Source: Eledone cirrhosa
Lineage: Eukaryota
Reading direction: 5' to 3'
DNA: 64,000 bases
Assembly: GCA_964016885.1 (NCBI GenBank)
Contig: OZ024755.1
Coordinates: forward strand, 31,372,001-31,436,000
Shown: in pieces, positions 12,001 to 27,500 of the stretch
Layout: each line of letters opens with the position of its first letter
How positions within the stretch are numbered: position 1 is the stretch's first letter
Notes under the pieces: model-generated
Told to the model about the DNA's origin: nothing
The model's input: the letters and a program-made list of their open reading frames with translations, nothing else
Databases searched by the model: none
Position numbers and translations under genes: made by a program

Positions 12001-15000
12001 CCATGTATGGGATTTGTAGCAACCTTCTGAAGGACTTGTACCCCATGTATGGGACGTGTAGCAACCTTCTGAAGGACTTGTACCCCATGTATGGGATTTG
12101 TAGCAACCTTCTGAAGGACTTGTACCCCATGTATGGGATGTGCAGCAACCTTCTGAAGGACTTGTACCCCATGTATGGGACGTGTAGCAACCTTCTGAAG
12201 GACTTGTACCCATGTATGGGATTTGTAGCAACCTTCTGAAGGACTTATACCCCATGTATGGGATGTGTAGCAACCTTCTGAAGGACTTGTAGCCCATGTA
12301 TGGGATGTGTAGCAACCTTCTGAAGGACTTGTACCCCATGTATGGGATTTGTAGCAACCTTCTGAAGGACTTGTACCCCATGTATGGGATGTGTAGCAAC
12401 ATTCTGAAGGACTTGTACCCCATGTATGGGATGTGTAGCAACCTTCTGAAGGACTTGTACCCATGTATGGGATGTGCAGCAACCTTCTGAAGGACTTGTA
12501 CCCCATGTATGGGATGTGCAGCAACCTTCTGAAGGACTTGTACCCCATGTATGGGATGTGTAGCAACCTTCTGACGAACTTGTACCCCATGTATGGGATG
12601 TGCAGCAACCTTCTGAAGGACTTGTACCCCATGTATGGGATGTGCAGCAACCTTCTGAAGGAATTGTACCCCATGTATGGGATGTGTAGCAACCTTCTGA
12701 CGAACTTGTACCCCATGTATGGGATGTGCAGCAACCTTCTGAAGGACTTGTACCCCATGTATGGGATGTGCAGCAACCTTCTGAAGGAATTGTACCCCAT
12801 GTATGGGATGTGTAGCAACCTTCTGAAGAACTTCTACCCCATGTATGGGATGTGTAGCAACATTCTGAAGGACTTGTACCCCATGTATGGGATGTGTAGC
12901 AACCTTCTGAAGGTCTTGTACCCCATGTATGGGATGTGTAGCAACCTTCTGAAGAACTTGTACCCCATGAATGGGATATGTAGCAACCTTCTGAAGGACT
13001 TGAACCCCATGTATGGGATGTGTAGCAACCTTCTGAAGAACTTGTACCCCATGAATGGGATATGTAGCAACCTTCTGAAGGACTTGTACCCCATGTATGG
13101 GATGTGTAGCAACCTTCTGAAGGACGTGTACCCCATGTATGGGATGTGTAGCAACCTTCTGAAGGACGTGTACCCCATGTATGGGATGTGTAGCAACCTT
13201 CTGAATGACTTGTACCCCATGTATGGGATGTGTAGCAACCTTCTGAAGGACTTGTACCCCATGTATGGGATATATAGCAACCTTCTGAAGGACTTGTACC
13301 CCATGTATGGGATGTGTAGCAACCTTCTGAAGGACGTGTACCCCATGTATGGGATGTGTAGCAACCTTCTGAAGGACGTGTACCCCATGTATGGGATGTG
13401 TAGCAACCTTCTGAAGGACTTGTACCCCATGTATGGGATGTGTAGCAACCTTCTGAAGGACTTGTACCCCATGTATGGGATGTGTAGCAACCTTCTGAAG
13501 GACTTGTACCCATGTATGGGATGTGCAGCAACCTTCTGAAGGACTTGTACCCCATGTATGGGATGTGTAGCAACCTTCGGAATGACTTGTACCCCATGTA
13601 TGGGATGTGCAGCAACCTTCTGAAGGACTTGTACCCCATGTATGGGATTTGTAGCAACCTTCTGAAGGACTTATACCCCATGTATGGGATGTGCAGCAAC
13701 CTTCTGAAGGACTTGTACCCCATGTATGGGATGTGTAGCAACCTTCTGAAGGACTTGTACGCCATGTATGGGATGTGCAGCAACATTCTGAAGGACTTGT
13801 ACCCCATGAATGGGATATGTAGCAACCTTCTGAAGGACTTGTACGCCATGTATGGGATGTGCAGCAACCTTCTGAAGGACTTGTACCCCATGTATGGGAT
13901 GTGTAGCAACCTTCTGAAGGACTTGTACCCCATGTATGGGATGTGTAGCAACCTTCTGAAGGACTTGTACCCCATGTATGGGATGTGTAGCAACCTTCTG
14001 AAGGAGTTGTACCCCATGTATGGGATGTGTAGCAACCTTCTGAAGGACGTGTACCCCATGTATGGGATGTGTAGCAACCTTCTGAAGGACTTGTACCCCA
14101 TGTATGGGATGTGTAGCAACCATCTGAAGGACTTGTACCCCATGTATGGGATGTGTAGCAACCTTCTGAAGGACTTGTACCCATGTATGGGATTTGTAGC
14201 AACCCTCTGAAGGACTTGTACCCATGTATGGGATTTGTAGCAACCTTCTGAAGGACTTGTACCCCATGTATGGGATGTGTAGCAACCTTCTGAAGGACTT
14301 GTACCCCATGTATGGGATGTGCAGCAACCTTCTGAAGGACTTGTACCCCATGTATGGGATGTGTAGCAACCTTCGGAATGACTTGTACCCCATGTATGGC
14401 ATGTGCAGCAACCTTCTGAAGGACTTGTACCCCATGTATGGGATTTGTAGCAACCTTCTGAAGGACTTGTACCCCATGTATGGGATTTGTAGCAACCTTC
14501 TGAAGGACTTGTACCCCATGTATGGGATGTGTAGCAACCTTCTGAAGGACTTGTACCCCATGTATGGGATGTGTAGCCACCTTCTGAAGCACTTGTATCC
14601 CATGAATGGGATATGTAGCAACCTTCTGAAGGACTTGTACCCCATGTATGGGATGTGTAGCAACCTTCTGAAGGACTTGAACCCCATGTATGGGATGTAC
14701 AGCAACCTTCTGAAGGACTTGTACCCCATGAATGGGATATGTAGCAACCTTCTGAAGGACTTGAACCCCATGTATGGGATGTACAGCAACCTTCTGAAGG
14801 ACTTGTACCCCATGTATGGGATGTGTAGCAACCTTCTGAAGGACGTGTACCCCATGTATGGGATGTGTAGCAACCTTCTGAAGGACGTGTACCCCATGTA
14901 TGGGATGTGTAGCAACCTTCTGAAGGACTTGTACCCCATGTATGGGATGTGTAGCAACCTTCTGAAGGACTTGTACCCCATGTATGGGATGTGTAGCAAC

Positions 15001-18000
15001 CTTCTGAAGGACTTGTACCCATGTATGGGATGTGCAGCAACCTTCTGAAGGACTTGTACCCCATGTATGGGATGTGTAGCAACCTTCTGAAGGACTTGTA
15101 CGCCATGTATGGGATGTGCAGCAACATTCTGAAGGACTTGTACCCCATGTATGGGATGTGTAGCAACCTTCTGAAGGACTTGTACGCCATGTATGGGATG
15201 TGCAGCAACCTTCTGAAGGACTTGTACCCATGTATGGGATGTGCAGCAACCTTCTGAAGGACTTGTACCCCATGTATGGGATGTGTAGCAACCTTCTGAA
15301 GGACGTGTACCCCATGTATGGGATGTGTAGCAACCTTCTGAAGGACTTGTACCCCATGTATGGGATGTGTAGCAACCATCTGAAGGACTTGTACCCCATG
15401 TATGGGATGTGTAGCAACCTTCTGAAGGACTTGTACCCATGTATGGGATTTGTAGCAACCTTCTGAAGGACTTGTACTCATGTATGGGATTTGTAGCAAC
15501 CTTCTGAAGGACTTGTACCCCATGTATGGGATGTGTAGCAACCTTCTGAAGGACTTGTACCCCATGTATGGGATGTGCAGCAACCTTCTGAAGGACTTGT
15601 TCCCCATGTATGGGATGTGTAGCAACCTTCTGAAGGACTTGTACCCCATGTATGGGATGTGTAGCAACCTTCGGAATGACTTGTACCCCATGTATGGCAT
15701 GTGCAGCAACCTTCTGAAGGACTTGTACCCCATGTATGGGATGTGTAGCAACCTTCTGAAGGACTTGTACCCCATGTATGGGATTTGTAGCAACCTTCTG
15801 AAGGACTTGTACCCCATGTATGGGATTTGTAGCAACCTTCTGAAGGACTTGTACCCCATGTATGGGATATGTAGCAACCTTCTGAAGGTCTTGTACCCCA
15901 TGTATGGGATATGTAGCAACCTTCTGAAGGACTTGTACCACATGTATGGGATGTGTAGCAACCTTCTGAAGGACTTGTACCCCATGTATGGGATGTGTAG
16001 CAACCTTCTGAAGGACTTGTACCCCATGTATGGGATGTGTAGCCACCTTCTGAAGCACTTGTACCCCATGAATGGGATATGTAGCAACCTTCTGAAGGAC
16101 TTGTACCCCATGTATGGGATGTGTAGCAACCTTCTGAAGGACTTGTACCCCATGTATGGGATGTGTAGCAACCTTCTGAAGGACTTGTACCCCATGTATG
16201 GGATGTGTAGCCACCTTCTGAAGCACTTGTACCCCATGAATGGGATATGTAGCAACCTTCTGAAGGACTTGTACCCCATGTATGGGATGTGTAGCAACCT
16301 TCTGAAGGACTTGTACCCCATGTATGGGATGTGCAGCAACCTTCTGAAGGACTTGTACCCCATGTATGGGATGTGCAGCAACCTTCTGAAGGACTTGTAC
16401 CCCATGTATGGGATGTGTAGCAACCTTCTGAAGGACTTGTACCCCATGTATGGAATGTGTAGCAACCTTCTGAAGGACTTGTACCCCATGTATGGGATTT
16501 GTAGCAACCTTCTGAAGGACTTGTACCCCATGTATGGGATGTGCAGCAACCTTCTGAAGGACTTGTACCCCATGTATGGGACGTGTAGCAACCTTCTGAA
16601 GGACTTGTACCCATGTATGGGATTTGTAGCAACCTTCTGAAGGACTTATACCCCATGTATGGGATGTGTAGCAACCTTCTGAAGGACTTGTACCCCATGT
16701 ATGGGATGTGTAGCAACCTTCTGAAGGACTTGTACCCCATGTATGGGATTTGTAGCAACCTTCTGAAGGACTTGTACCCCATGTATGGGATGTGTAGCAA
16801 CATTCTGAAGGACTTGTACCCCATGTATGGGATGTGTAGCAACCTTCTGAAGGACTTGTACCCATGTATGGGATGTGCAGCAACCTTCTGAAGGACTTGT
16901 ACCCCATGTATGGGATGTGCAGCAACCTTCTGAAGGACTTGTACCCCATGTATGGGATGTGTAGCAACCTTCTGACGAACTTGTACCCCATGTATGGGAT
17001 GTGCAGCAACCTTCTGAAGGACTTGTACCCCATGTATGGGATGTGCAGCAACCTTCTGAAGGACTTGTACCCCATGTATGGGATGTGCAGCAACCTTCTG
17101 AAGGAATTGTACCCCATGTATGGCATGTGTAGCAACCTTCTGAAGGACTTGTACCCCATGTATGGGATGTGTAGCAACCTTCTGACGAACTTGTACCCCA
17201 TGTATGGGATGTGCAGCAACCTTCTGAAGGACTTGTACCCCATGTATGGGATGTGCAGCAACCTTCTGAAGGAATTGTACCCCATGTATGGGATGTGTAG
17301 CAACCTTCTGAAGGACTTGTACCCCATGTATGGGATGTGTAGCAACATTCTGAAGGACTTGTACCCCATGTATGGGATGTGTAGCAACCTTCTGAAGGTC
17401 TTGTACCCCATGTATGGGATGTGTAGCAACCTTCTGAAGAACTTGTACCCCATGAATGGGATATGTAGCAACCTTCTGAAGGACTTGAACCCCATGTATG
17501 GGATGTGTAGCAACCTTCTGAAGAACTTGTACCCCATGAATGGGATATGTAGCAACCTTCTGAAGGACTTGTACCCCATGTATGGGATGTGTAGCAACCT
17601 TCTGAAGGACGTGTACCCCATGTATGGGATGTGTAGCAACCTTCTGAAGGACGTGTACCCCATGTATGGGATGTGTAGCAACCTTCTGAAGGACTTGTAC
17701 CCCATGTATGGGATGTGTAGCAACCTTCTGAAGGACTTGTACCCCATGTATGGGATATATAGCAACCTTCTGAAGGACTTGTACCCCATGTATGGGATGT
17801 GTAGCAACCTTCTGAAGGACGTGTACCCCATGTATGGGATGTGTAGCAACCTTCTGAAGGACGTGTACCCCATGTATGGGATGTGTAGCAACCTTCTGAA
17901 GGACTTGTACCCCATGTATGGGATGTGTAGCAACCTTCTGAAGGACTTGTACCCCATGTATGGGATGTGTAGCAACCTTCTGAAGGACTTGTACCCATGT

Positions 18001-21000
18001 ATGGGATGTGCAGCAACCTTCTGAAGGACTTGTACCCCATGTATGGGATGTGTAGCAACCTTCGGAATGACTTGTACCCCATGTATGGGATGTGCAGCAA
18101 CCTTCTGAAGGACTTGTACCCCATGTATGGGATTTGTAGCAACCTTCTGAAGGACTTATACCCCATGTATGGGATGTGCAGCAACCTTCTGAAGGACTTG
18201 TACCCCATGTATGGGATGTGTAGCAACCTTCTGAAGGACTTGTACGCCATGTATGGGATGTGCAGCAACATTCTGAAGGACTTGTACCCCATGAATGGGA
18301 TATGTAGCAACCTTCTGAAGGACTTGTACGCCATGTATGGGATGTGCAGCAACCTTCTGAAGGACTTGTACCCCATGTATGGGATGTGTAGCAACCTTCT
18401 GAAGGACTTGTACCCCATGTATGGGATGTGTAGCAACCTTCTGAAGGACTTGTACCCCATGTATGGGATGTGTAGCAACCTTCTGAAGGAGTTGTACCCC
18501 ATGTATGGGATGTGCAGCAACCTTCTGAAGGACTTGTACCCCATGTATGGGATGTGTAGCAACCTTCGGAATGACTTGTACCCCATGTATGGCATGTGCA
18601 GCAACCTTCTGAAGGACTTGTACCCCATGTATGGGATGTGTAGCAACCTTCTGAAGGACTTGTACCCCATGTATGGGATGTGTAGCAACCTTCTGAAGGA
18701 CTTGTACCCATGTATGGGATGTGCAGCAACCTTCTGAAGGACTTGTACCCCATGTATGGGATGTGTAGCAACCTTCTGAAGGACTTGTACCCCATGTATA
18801 GGATGTGTAGCAACCTTCTGAAGGACTTGTACCCCATGTATGGGATGTGTAGCAACCTTCTGAAGGACTTGTACCCCATGTATGGGATGTGTAGCAACCT
18901 TCTGAAGGACTTGTACCCCATGTATGGGATGTGTAGCCACCTTCTGAAGCACTTGTATCCCATGAATGGGATATGTAGCAACCTTCTGAAGGACTTGTAC
19001 CCCATGTATGGGATGTGTAGCAACCTTCTGAAGGACTTGTACCCCATGTATGGGATGTGCAGCAACCTTCTGAAGGACTTGTACCCCATGTATGGGATGT
19101 GTAGCAACCTTCTGAAGGACTTGTACCCCATGTATGGAATGTGTAGCAACCTTCTGAAGGACTTGTACCCCATGTATGGGATTTGTAGCAACCTTCTGAA
19201 GGACTTGTACCCCATGTATGGGATGTGCTGCAACCTTCTGAAGGACTTGTACCCCATGTATGGGACGTGTAGCAACCTTCTGAAGGACTTGTACCCATGT
19301 ATGGGATTGGTAGCAACCTTCTGAAGGACTTATACCCCATGTATGGGATGTGTAGCAACCTTCTGAAGGACTTGTACCCCATGTATGGGATGTGTAGCAA
19401 CCTTCTGAAGGACTTGTACCCCATGTATGGGATTTGTAGCAACCTTCTGAAGGACTTGTACCCCATGTATGGGATGTGTAGCAACATTCTGAAGGACTTG
19501 TACCCCATGTATGGGATGTGTAGCAACCTTCTGAAGGACTTGTACCCATGTATGGGATGTGCAGCAACCTTCTGAAGGACTTGTACCCCATGTATGGGAT
19601 GTGCAGCAACCTTCTGAAGGACTTGTACCCCATGTATGGGATGTGTAGCAACCTTCTGACGAACTTGTACCCCATGTATGGGATGTGCAGCAACCTTCTG
19701 AAGGACGTGTACCCCATGTATGGGATGTGTAGCAACCTTCTGAAGGACGTGTACCCCATGTATGGGATGTGTAGCAACCTTCTGAAGGACTTGTACCCCA
19801 TGTATGGGATGTGTAGCAACCTTCTGAAGGACTTGTACCCCATGTATGGGATGTGTAGCAACCTTCTGAAGGACTTGTACCCATGTATGGGATGTGCAGC
19901 AACCTTCTGAAGGACTTGTACCCCATGTATGGGATGTGTAGCAACCTTCGGAATGACTTGTACCCCATGTATGGGATGTGCAGCAACCTTCTGAAGGACT
20001 TGTACCCCATGTATGGGATTTGTAGCAACCTTCTGAAGGACTTATACCCCATGTATGGGATGTGCAGCAACCTTCTGAAGGACTTGTACCCCATGTATGG
20101 GATGTGTAGCAACCTTCTGAAGGACTTGTACGCCATGTATGGGATGTGCAGCAACATTCTGAAGGACTTGTACCCCATGAATGGGATATGTAGCAACCTT
20201 CTGAAGGACTTGTACGCCATGTATGGGATGTGCAGCAACCTTCTGAAGGACTTGTACCCCATGTATGGGATGTGTAGCAACCTTCTGAAGGACTTGTACC
20301 CCATGTATGGGATGTGTAGCAACCTTCTGAAGGACTTGTACCCCATGTATGGGATGGGTAGCAACCTTCTGAAGGAGTTGTACCCCATGTATGGGATGTG
20401 TAGCAACCTTCTGAAGGACTTGTACCCTATGTATGGGATGTGTAGCAACCTTCTGAAGGACTTGTACCCATGTATGGGATGTGCAGCAACCTTCTGAAGG
20501 ACTTGTACCCCATGTATGGGATGTGTAGCAACCTTCTGAAGGACGTGTAACCCATGTATGGGATGTGTAGCAACCTTCTGAAGGACTCGTACCCCATGTA
20601 TGGGATGTGTAGCAACCATCTGAAGGACTTGTACCCCATGTATGGGATGTGTAGCAACCTTCTGAAGGACTTGTACCCATGTATGGGATTTGTAGCAACC
20701 TTCTGAAGGACTTGTACCCATGTATGGGATTTGTAGCAACCTTCTGAAGGACTTGTACCCCATGTATGGGATGTGTAGCAACCTTCTGAAGGACTTGTAC
20801 CCCATGTATGGGATGTGCAGCAACCTTCTGAAGGACTTTTACCCCATGTATGGGATGTGTAGCAACCTTCGGAATGACTTGTACCCCATGTATGGCATGT
20901 GCAGCAACCTTCTGAAGGACTTGTACCCCATGTATGGGATTTGTAGCAACCTTCTGAAGGACTTGTACCCCATGTATGGGATTTGTAGCAACCTTCTGAA

Positions 21001-24000
21001 GGACTTGTACCCCATGTATGGGATGTGTAGCAACCTTCTGAAGGACTTGTACCCCATGTATGGGATGTGTAGCAACCTTCTGAAGAACTTGTACCCCATG
21101 TATGGGATATGTAGCAACCTTCTGAAGGACTTGTACCCCATGTATGGGATGTGTAGCAACCTTCTGAAGGACTTGTACCCCATGTATGGGATGTGTAGCC
21201 ACCTTCTGAAGCACTTGTACCCCATGAATGGGATATGTAGCAACCTTCTGAAGGACTTGTACCCCATGTATGGGATATGTAGCAACCTTCTGAAGGTCTT
21301 GTACCCCATGTATGGGATATGTAGCAACCTTCTGAAGGACTTGTACCCCATGTATGGGATGTGTAGCAACCTTCTGAAGGACTTGTACCCCATGTATGGG
21401 ATGTGTAGCCACCTTCTGAAGCACTTGTACCCCATGAATGGGATATGTAGCAACCTTCTGAAGGACTTGTACCCCATGTATGGGATGTGTAGCAACCTTC
21501 TGAAGGACGTGTACCCCATGTATGGGATGTGTAGCAACCTTCTGAAGGACTCGTACCCCATGTATGGGATGTGTAGCAACCATCTGAAGGACTTGTACCC
21601 CATGTATGGGATGTGTAGCAACCTTCTGAAGGACTTGTACCCATGTATGGGATTTGTAGCAACCTTCTGAAGGACTTGTACCCATGTATGGGATTTGTAG
21701 CAACCTTCTGAAGGACTTGTACCCCATGTATGGGATGTGTAGCAACCTTCTGAAGGACTTGTACCCATGTATGGGATTTGTAGCAACCTTCTGAAGGACT
21801 TGTACCCATGTATGGGATTTGTAGCAACCTTCTGAAGGACTTGTACCCCATGTATGGGATGTGCAGCAACCTTCGGAATGACTTGTACCCCATGTATGGG
21901 ATTTGTAGCAACCTTCTGAAGGACTTGTACCCATGTATGGGATTTGTAGCAACCTTCTGAAGGACTTGTACCCATGTATGGGATTTGTAGCAACCTTCTG
22001 AAGGACTTGTACCCCATGTATGGGATGTGCAGCAACCTTCGGAATGACTTGTACCCCATGTATGGGATGTGTAGCAACCTTCTGAAGGACTTGTACCCAT
22101 GTATGGGATTTGTAGCAACCTTCTGAAGGACTTGTACCCATGTATGGGATTTGTAGCAACCTTCTGAAGGACTTGTACCCCATGTATGGGATGTGCAGCA
22201 ACCTTCGGAATGACTTGTACCCCATGTATGGGATTTGTAGCAACCTTCTGAAGGACTTGTACCCCATGTATGGGATGTGTAGCAACCTTCTGATGGACTT
22301 GTACCTCATGAATGGGATATGTAGCAACCTTCTGAAGGACTTGTACGCCATGTATGGGATGTGCAGCAACCTTCTGAAGGACTTGTACCTCATGAATGGG
22401 ATATGTAGCAACCTTCTGATGGACTTGTACCCCATGTATGGGATGTGTAGCAACCATCTGAAGGACTTGTACCCCATGTATGGGATGTGTAGCAACCTTC
22501 TGAAGGACTTGTACGCCATGTATGGGATGTGCAGCAACCTTCTGAAGGACTTGTACCTCATGAATGGGATATGTAGCAACCTTCTGATGGACTTGTACCT
22601 CATGAATGGGATATGTAGCAACCTTCTGAAGGACTTGTACGCCATGTATGGGATGTGCAGCAACCTTCTGAAGGACTTGTACCTCATGAATGGGATATGT
22701 AGCAACCTTCTGAAGGACTTGTACCTCATGAATGGGATATGTAGCAACCTTCTGAAGGACTTGTACGCCATGTATGGGATGTGCAGCAACATTCTGAAGG
22801 ACTTGTACCTCATGAATGGGATATGTAGCAACCTTCTGATGGACTTGTACCCCATGTATGGGATGTGTAGCAACCTTCTGAAGGATTGTACCCCATGTAT
22901 GGGATGTGTAGCAACCTTCTGAAGGACTTGTACCCCATGTATGGGATGTGTAGCAACCTTCTGAAGGACTTGTACCCCATGTATGGGATGTGTAGCAACC
23001 TTCTGAAGGACTTGTACCCCATGTATGGGATGTGTAGCAACCTTCTGAAGGACTTGTACCCCATGTATGGGATGTGCAGCAACATTCTGAAGGACTTGTA
23101 CCTCATGAATGGGATATGTAGCAACCTTCTGAAGGACTTGTACGCCATGTATGGGATGTGCAGCAACATTCTGAAGGACTTGTACCTCATGAATGGGATA
23201 TGTAGCAACCTTCTGATGGACTTGTACCCCATGTATGGGATGTGTAGCAACCTTCTGAAGGATTGTACCCCATGTATGGGATGTGTAGCAACCTTCTGAA
23301 GGACTTGTACCCCATGTATGGGATGTGTAGCAACCTTCTGAAGGACTTGTACCCCATGTATGGGATGTGTAGCAACCTTCTGAAGGACTTGTACCCCATG
23401 TATGGGATGTGTAGCAACCTTCTGAAGGACTTGTACCCCATGTATGGGATGTGTAGCAACCTTCTGAAGGACTTGTACCCCATGTATGGGATGTGTAGCC
23501 ACCTTCTGAAGCACTTGTACCCCATGAATGGGATATGTAGCAACCTTCTGAAGGACTTGTACCCCATGTATGGGATGTGTAGCAACCTTCTGAAGGACTT
23601 GTACCCCATGTATGGGATGTGCAGCAACCTTCTGAAGGACTTGTACCCCATGTATGGGATGTGCAGCAACCTTCTGAAGGACTTGTACCCCATGTATGGG
23701 ATGTGCAGCAACCTTCTGCAGGACTTGTACCCCATGTATGGGATGTGCAGCAACCTTCTGAAGGACTTGTACCCCATGTATGGGATGTGTAGCAACCTTC
23801 TGAAGGACTTGTACCCCATGTATGGGATGTGTAGCCACCTTCTGAAGCACTTGTACCCCATGAATGGGATATGTAGCAACCTTCTGAAGGACTTGTACCC
23901 CATGTATGGGATGTGTAGCCACCTTCTGAAGCACTTGTACCCCATGAATGGGATATGTAGCAACCTTCTGAAGGACTTGTACCCCATGTATGGGATGTGT

Positions 24001-24563
24001 AGCAACCTTCTGAAGGACTTGTACTCCATGTATGGGATGTGCAGCAACCTTCTGAAGGACTTGTACCCCATGTATGGGATGTGCAGCAACCTTCTGAAGG
24101 ACTTGTACCCCATGTATGGGATGTGTAGCAACCTTCTGAAGGACTTGTACCCCATGTATGGGATGTGTAGCAACCTTCTGAAGGACTTGTACCCCATGTA
24201 TGGGATTTGTAGCAACCTTCTGAAGGACTTGTACCCCATGTATGGGATGTGCAGCAACCTTCTGAAGGACTTGTACCCCATGTATGGGACGTGTAGCAAC
24301 CTTCTGAAGGACTTGTACCCATGTATGGGATTTGTAGCAACCTTCTGAAGGACTTATACCCCATGTATGGGATGTGTAGCAACCTTCTGAAGGACTTGTA
24401 CCCCATGTATGGGATGTGTAGCAACCTTCTGAAGGACTTGTACCCCATGTATGGGATGTGTAGCAACCTTCGGAATGACTTGTACCCCATGTATGGGATG
24501 TGTAGCAACATTCTGAAGGACTTGTACCCCATGAATGGGATGTGTAGCAACCTTCTGAAGGAC
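1..24563. repeat. Higher-order duplication with 13,869-bp period (331 monomers, 33 of them 41 bp): 1-10694 repeated at 13870-24563
   Basis: ORF pairs are offset by exactly 13,869 with matching translations (355/14224, 1609/15478, 6851/20720, 9394/23263). Rare variant CTGCAG occurs at 9847 and 23716. The match breaks at G10695 vs T24564. 331x42-33=13,869 agrees with my count of 33 short monomers. Confidence 0.93.
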
Positions 24564-27500
24564 TTGTACCCATGTATGGGATGTGCAGCAACCTTCTGAA
24601 GGACTTGTACCCCATGTATGGGATTTGTAGCAACCTTCTGAAGGACTTGTACCCCATGTATGGGATTTGTAGCAACCTTCTGAAGGACTTGTACCCCATG
24701 TATGGGATGTGTAGCAACATTCTGAAGGACTTGTACCCCATGTATGGGATGTGTAGCAACCTTCTGAAGGACTTGTACCCATGTATGGGATGTGCAGCAA
24801 CCTTCTGAAGGACTTGTACCCCATGTATGGGATGTGCAGCAACCTTCTGAAGGACTTGTACCCCATGTATGGGATGTGTAGCAACCTTCTGACGAACTTG
24901 TACCCCATGTATGGGATGTGCAGCAACCTTCTGAAGGACTTGTACCCCATGTATGGGATGTGCAGCAACCTTCTGAAGGAATTGTACCCCATGTATGGGA
25001 TGTATAGCAACCTTCTGAAGAACTTGTACCCCATGTATGGGATGTGTAGCAACATTCTGAAGGACTTGTACCCCATGTACGGGATATGTAGCAACCTTCA
25101 GAAGCACTTGTACCCCATGTATGGGATGAGTAGCAACCTTCTAAAGAAATTGTACCCCATGAATGGGATGTGTAGCAACCTTCTGAAGGACTTGAACCCC
25201 ATGTATAGGATGTGCAGCAACCTTCTGACGGACTTGTACCCCATGTATGGGATGTGTAGCAACATTCTGAAGGACTTGTACCCATGTATGGGATTTGTAG
25301 CAACCTTCTGAAGGAGTTGTACCCATGTATGGGATTTGTAGCAACCTTCTGAAGGACTTGTACCCCATGTATGGGATGTGTAGCAACCTTCTGAAGGACT
25401 TGTACACCATGTATGGGATGTGCAGCAACCTTCTGAAGGACTTGTACCCCATGTATGGGATGTGTAGCAACCTTCGGAATGACTTGTACCCCATGTATGG
25501 CATGTGCAGCAACCTTCTGAAGGACTTGTACCCCATGTATGGGATTTGTAGCAACCTTCTGAAGGACTTGTACCCCATGTATGGGATTTGTAGCAACCTT
25601 CTGAAGGACTTGTACCCCATGTATGGGATGTGTAGCAACCTACTGAAGGACTTGTACCCCATGTATGGGATGTGTAGCAACCTTCTGAAGAACTTGTACC
25701 CCATGTATGGGATATGTAGCAACCTTCTGAAGGTCTTGTACCCCATGTATGGGATGTGTAGCAACCTTCTGAAGGACTTGTACCCCATGTATGGGATGTG
25801 TAGCAACCTTCTGAAGGACTTGTACCCCATGTATGGGATGTGTAGCAACCTTCTGAAGGACTTGTACCCCATGTATGGGATGTGTAGCAACCTTCTGAAG
25901 GACTTGTACCCCATGTATGGGATGTGTAGCAACCTTCTGAAGGACTTGTACCCCATGTATGGGATGTGTAGCAACCTTCTGAAGGACTTGTACCCCATGT
26001 ATGGGATGTGTAGCAACCTTCTGAAGGACTTGTACCCCATGTATGGGATGTGTAGCAACCTTCTGAAGGACTTGTACCCCATGTATGGGATGTGTAGCAA
26101 CCTACTGAAGGACTTGTACCCCATGTATGGGATGTGTAGCCACCTTCTGAAGCACTTGTACCCCATGAATGGGATATGTAGCAACCTTCTGAAGGACTTG
26201 TACCCCATGTATGGGATGTGTAGCAACCTTCTGAAGGACTTGTACCCCATGTATGGGATGTGTAGCAACCTTCTGAAGGACTTGTACCCCATGTATGGGA
26301 TGTGTAGCAACCTTCTGAAGGACTTGTACCCCATGTATGGGATGTGTAGCAACCTTCTGAAGGACTTGTACCCCATGTATGGGATGTGTAGCCACCTTCT
26401 GAAGCACTTGTACCCCATGAATGGGATATGTAGCAACCTTCTGAAGGACTTGTACCCCATGTATGGGATGTGTAGCAACCTTCTGAAGGACTTGTACCCC
26501 ATGTATGGGATGTGTAGCAACCTTCTGAAGGACTTGTACCCCATGTATGGGATGTGTAGCAACCTTCTGAAGGACTTGTACCCCATGTATGGGATGTGTA
26601 GCAACCTTCTGAAGGACTTGTACCCCATGTATGGGATGTGTAGCAACCTTCTGAAGGACTTGTACCCCATGTATGGGATGTGTAGCAACCTTCTGAAGGA
26701 CTTGTACCCCATGTATGGGATGTGTAGCAACCTTCTGAAGGACTTGTACCCCATGTATGGGATGTGTAGCAACCTTCTGAAGGACTTGTACCCCATGTAT
26801 GGGATGTGTAGCAACCTTCTGAAGGACTTGTACCCCATGTATGGGATGTGTAGCAACCTTCTGAAGGACTTGTACCCCATGTATGGGATGTGTAGCCACC
26901 TTCTGAAGCACTTGTACCCCATGAATGGGATATGTAGCAACCTTCTGAAGGACTTGTACCCCATGTATGGGATGTGTAGCAACCTTCTGAAGGACTTGTA
27001 CCCCATGTATGGGATGTGCAGCAACCTTCTGAAGGACTTGTACCCCATGTATGGGATGTGTAGCAATCTTCTGACGGACTTGTACCCCATGTATGGGATG
27101 TGCAGCAACCTTCTGAAGGACTTGTACCCCATGTATGGGATGTGTAGCAACCTTCTGAAGAACTTGTACCCCATGTATGGGATGTGTAGCAACATTCTGA
27201 AGGACTTGTACCCCATGTATGGGATTTGTAGCAACCTTCAGAAGCACTTGTACCCCATGTATGGGATGAGTAGCAACCTTCTAAAGAAATTGTACCCCAT
27301 GAATGGGATGTGTAGCAACCTTCTGAAGGACTTGAACCCCATGTATAGGATGTGCAGTAACCTTCTGAAGGACTTGTACCCCATGTATGGGATGTGTAGC
27401 AACATTCTGAAGGACTTGTACCCATGTATGGGATTTGTAGCAACCTTCTGAAGGACTTGTACCCCATGTATGGGATTTGTAGCAACCTTCTGAAGGACTT

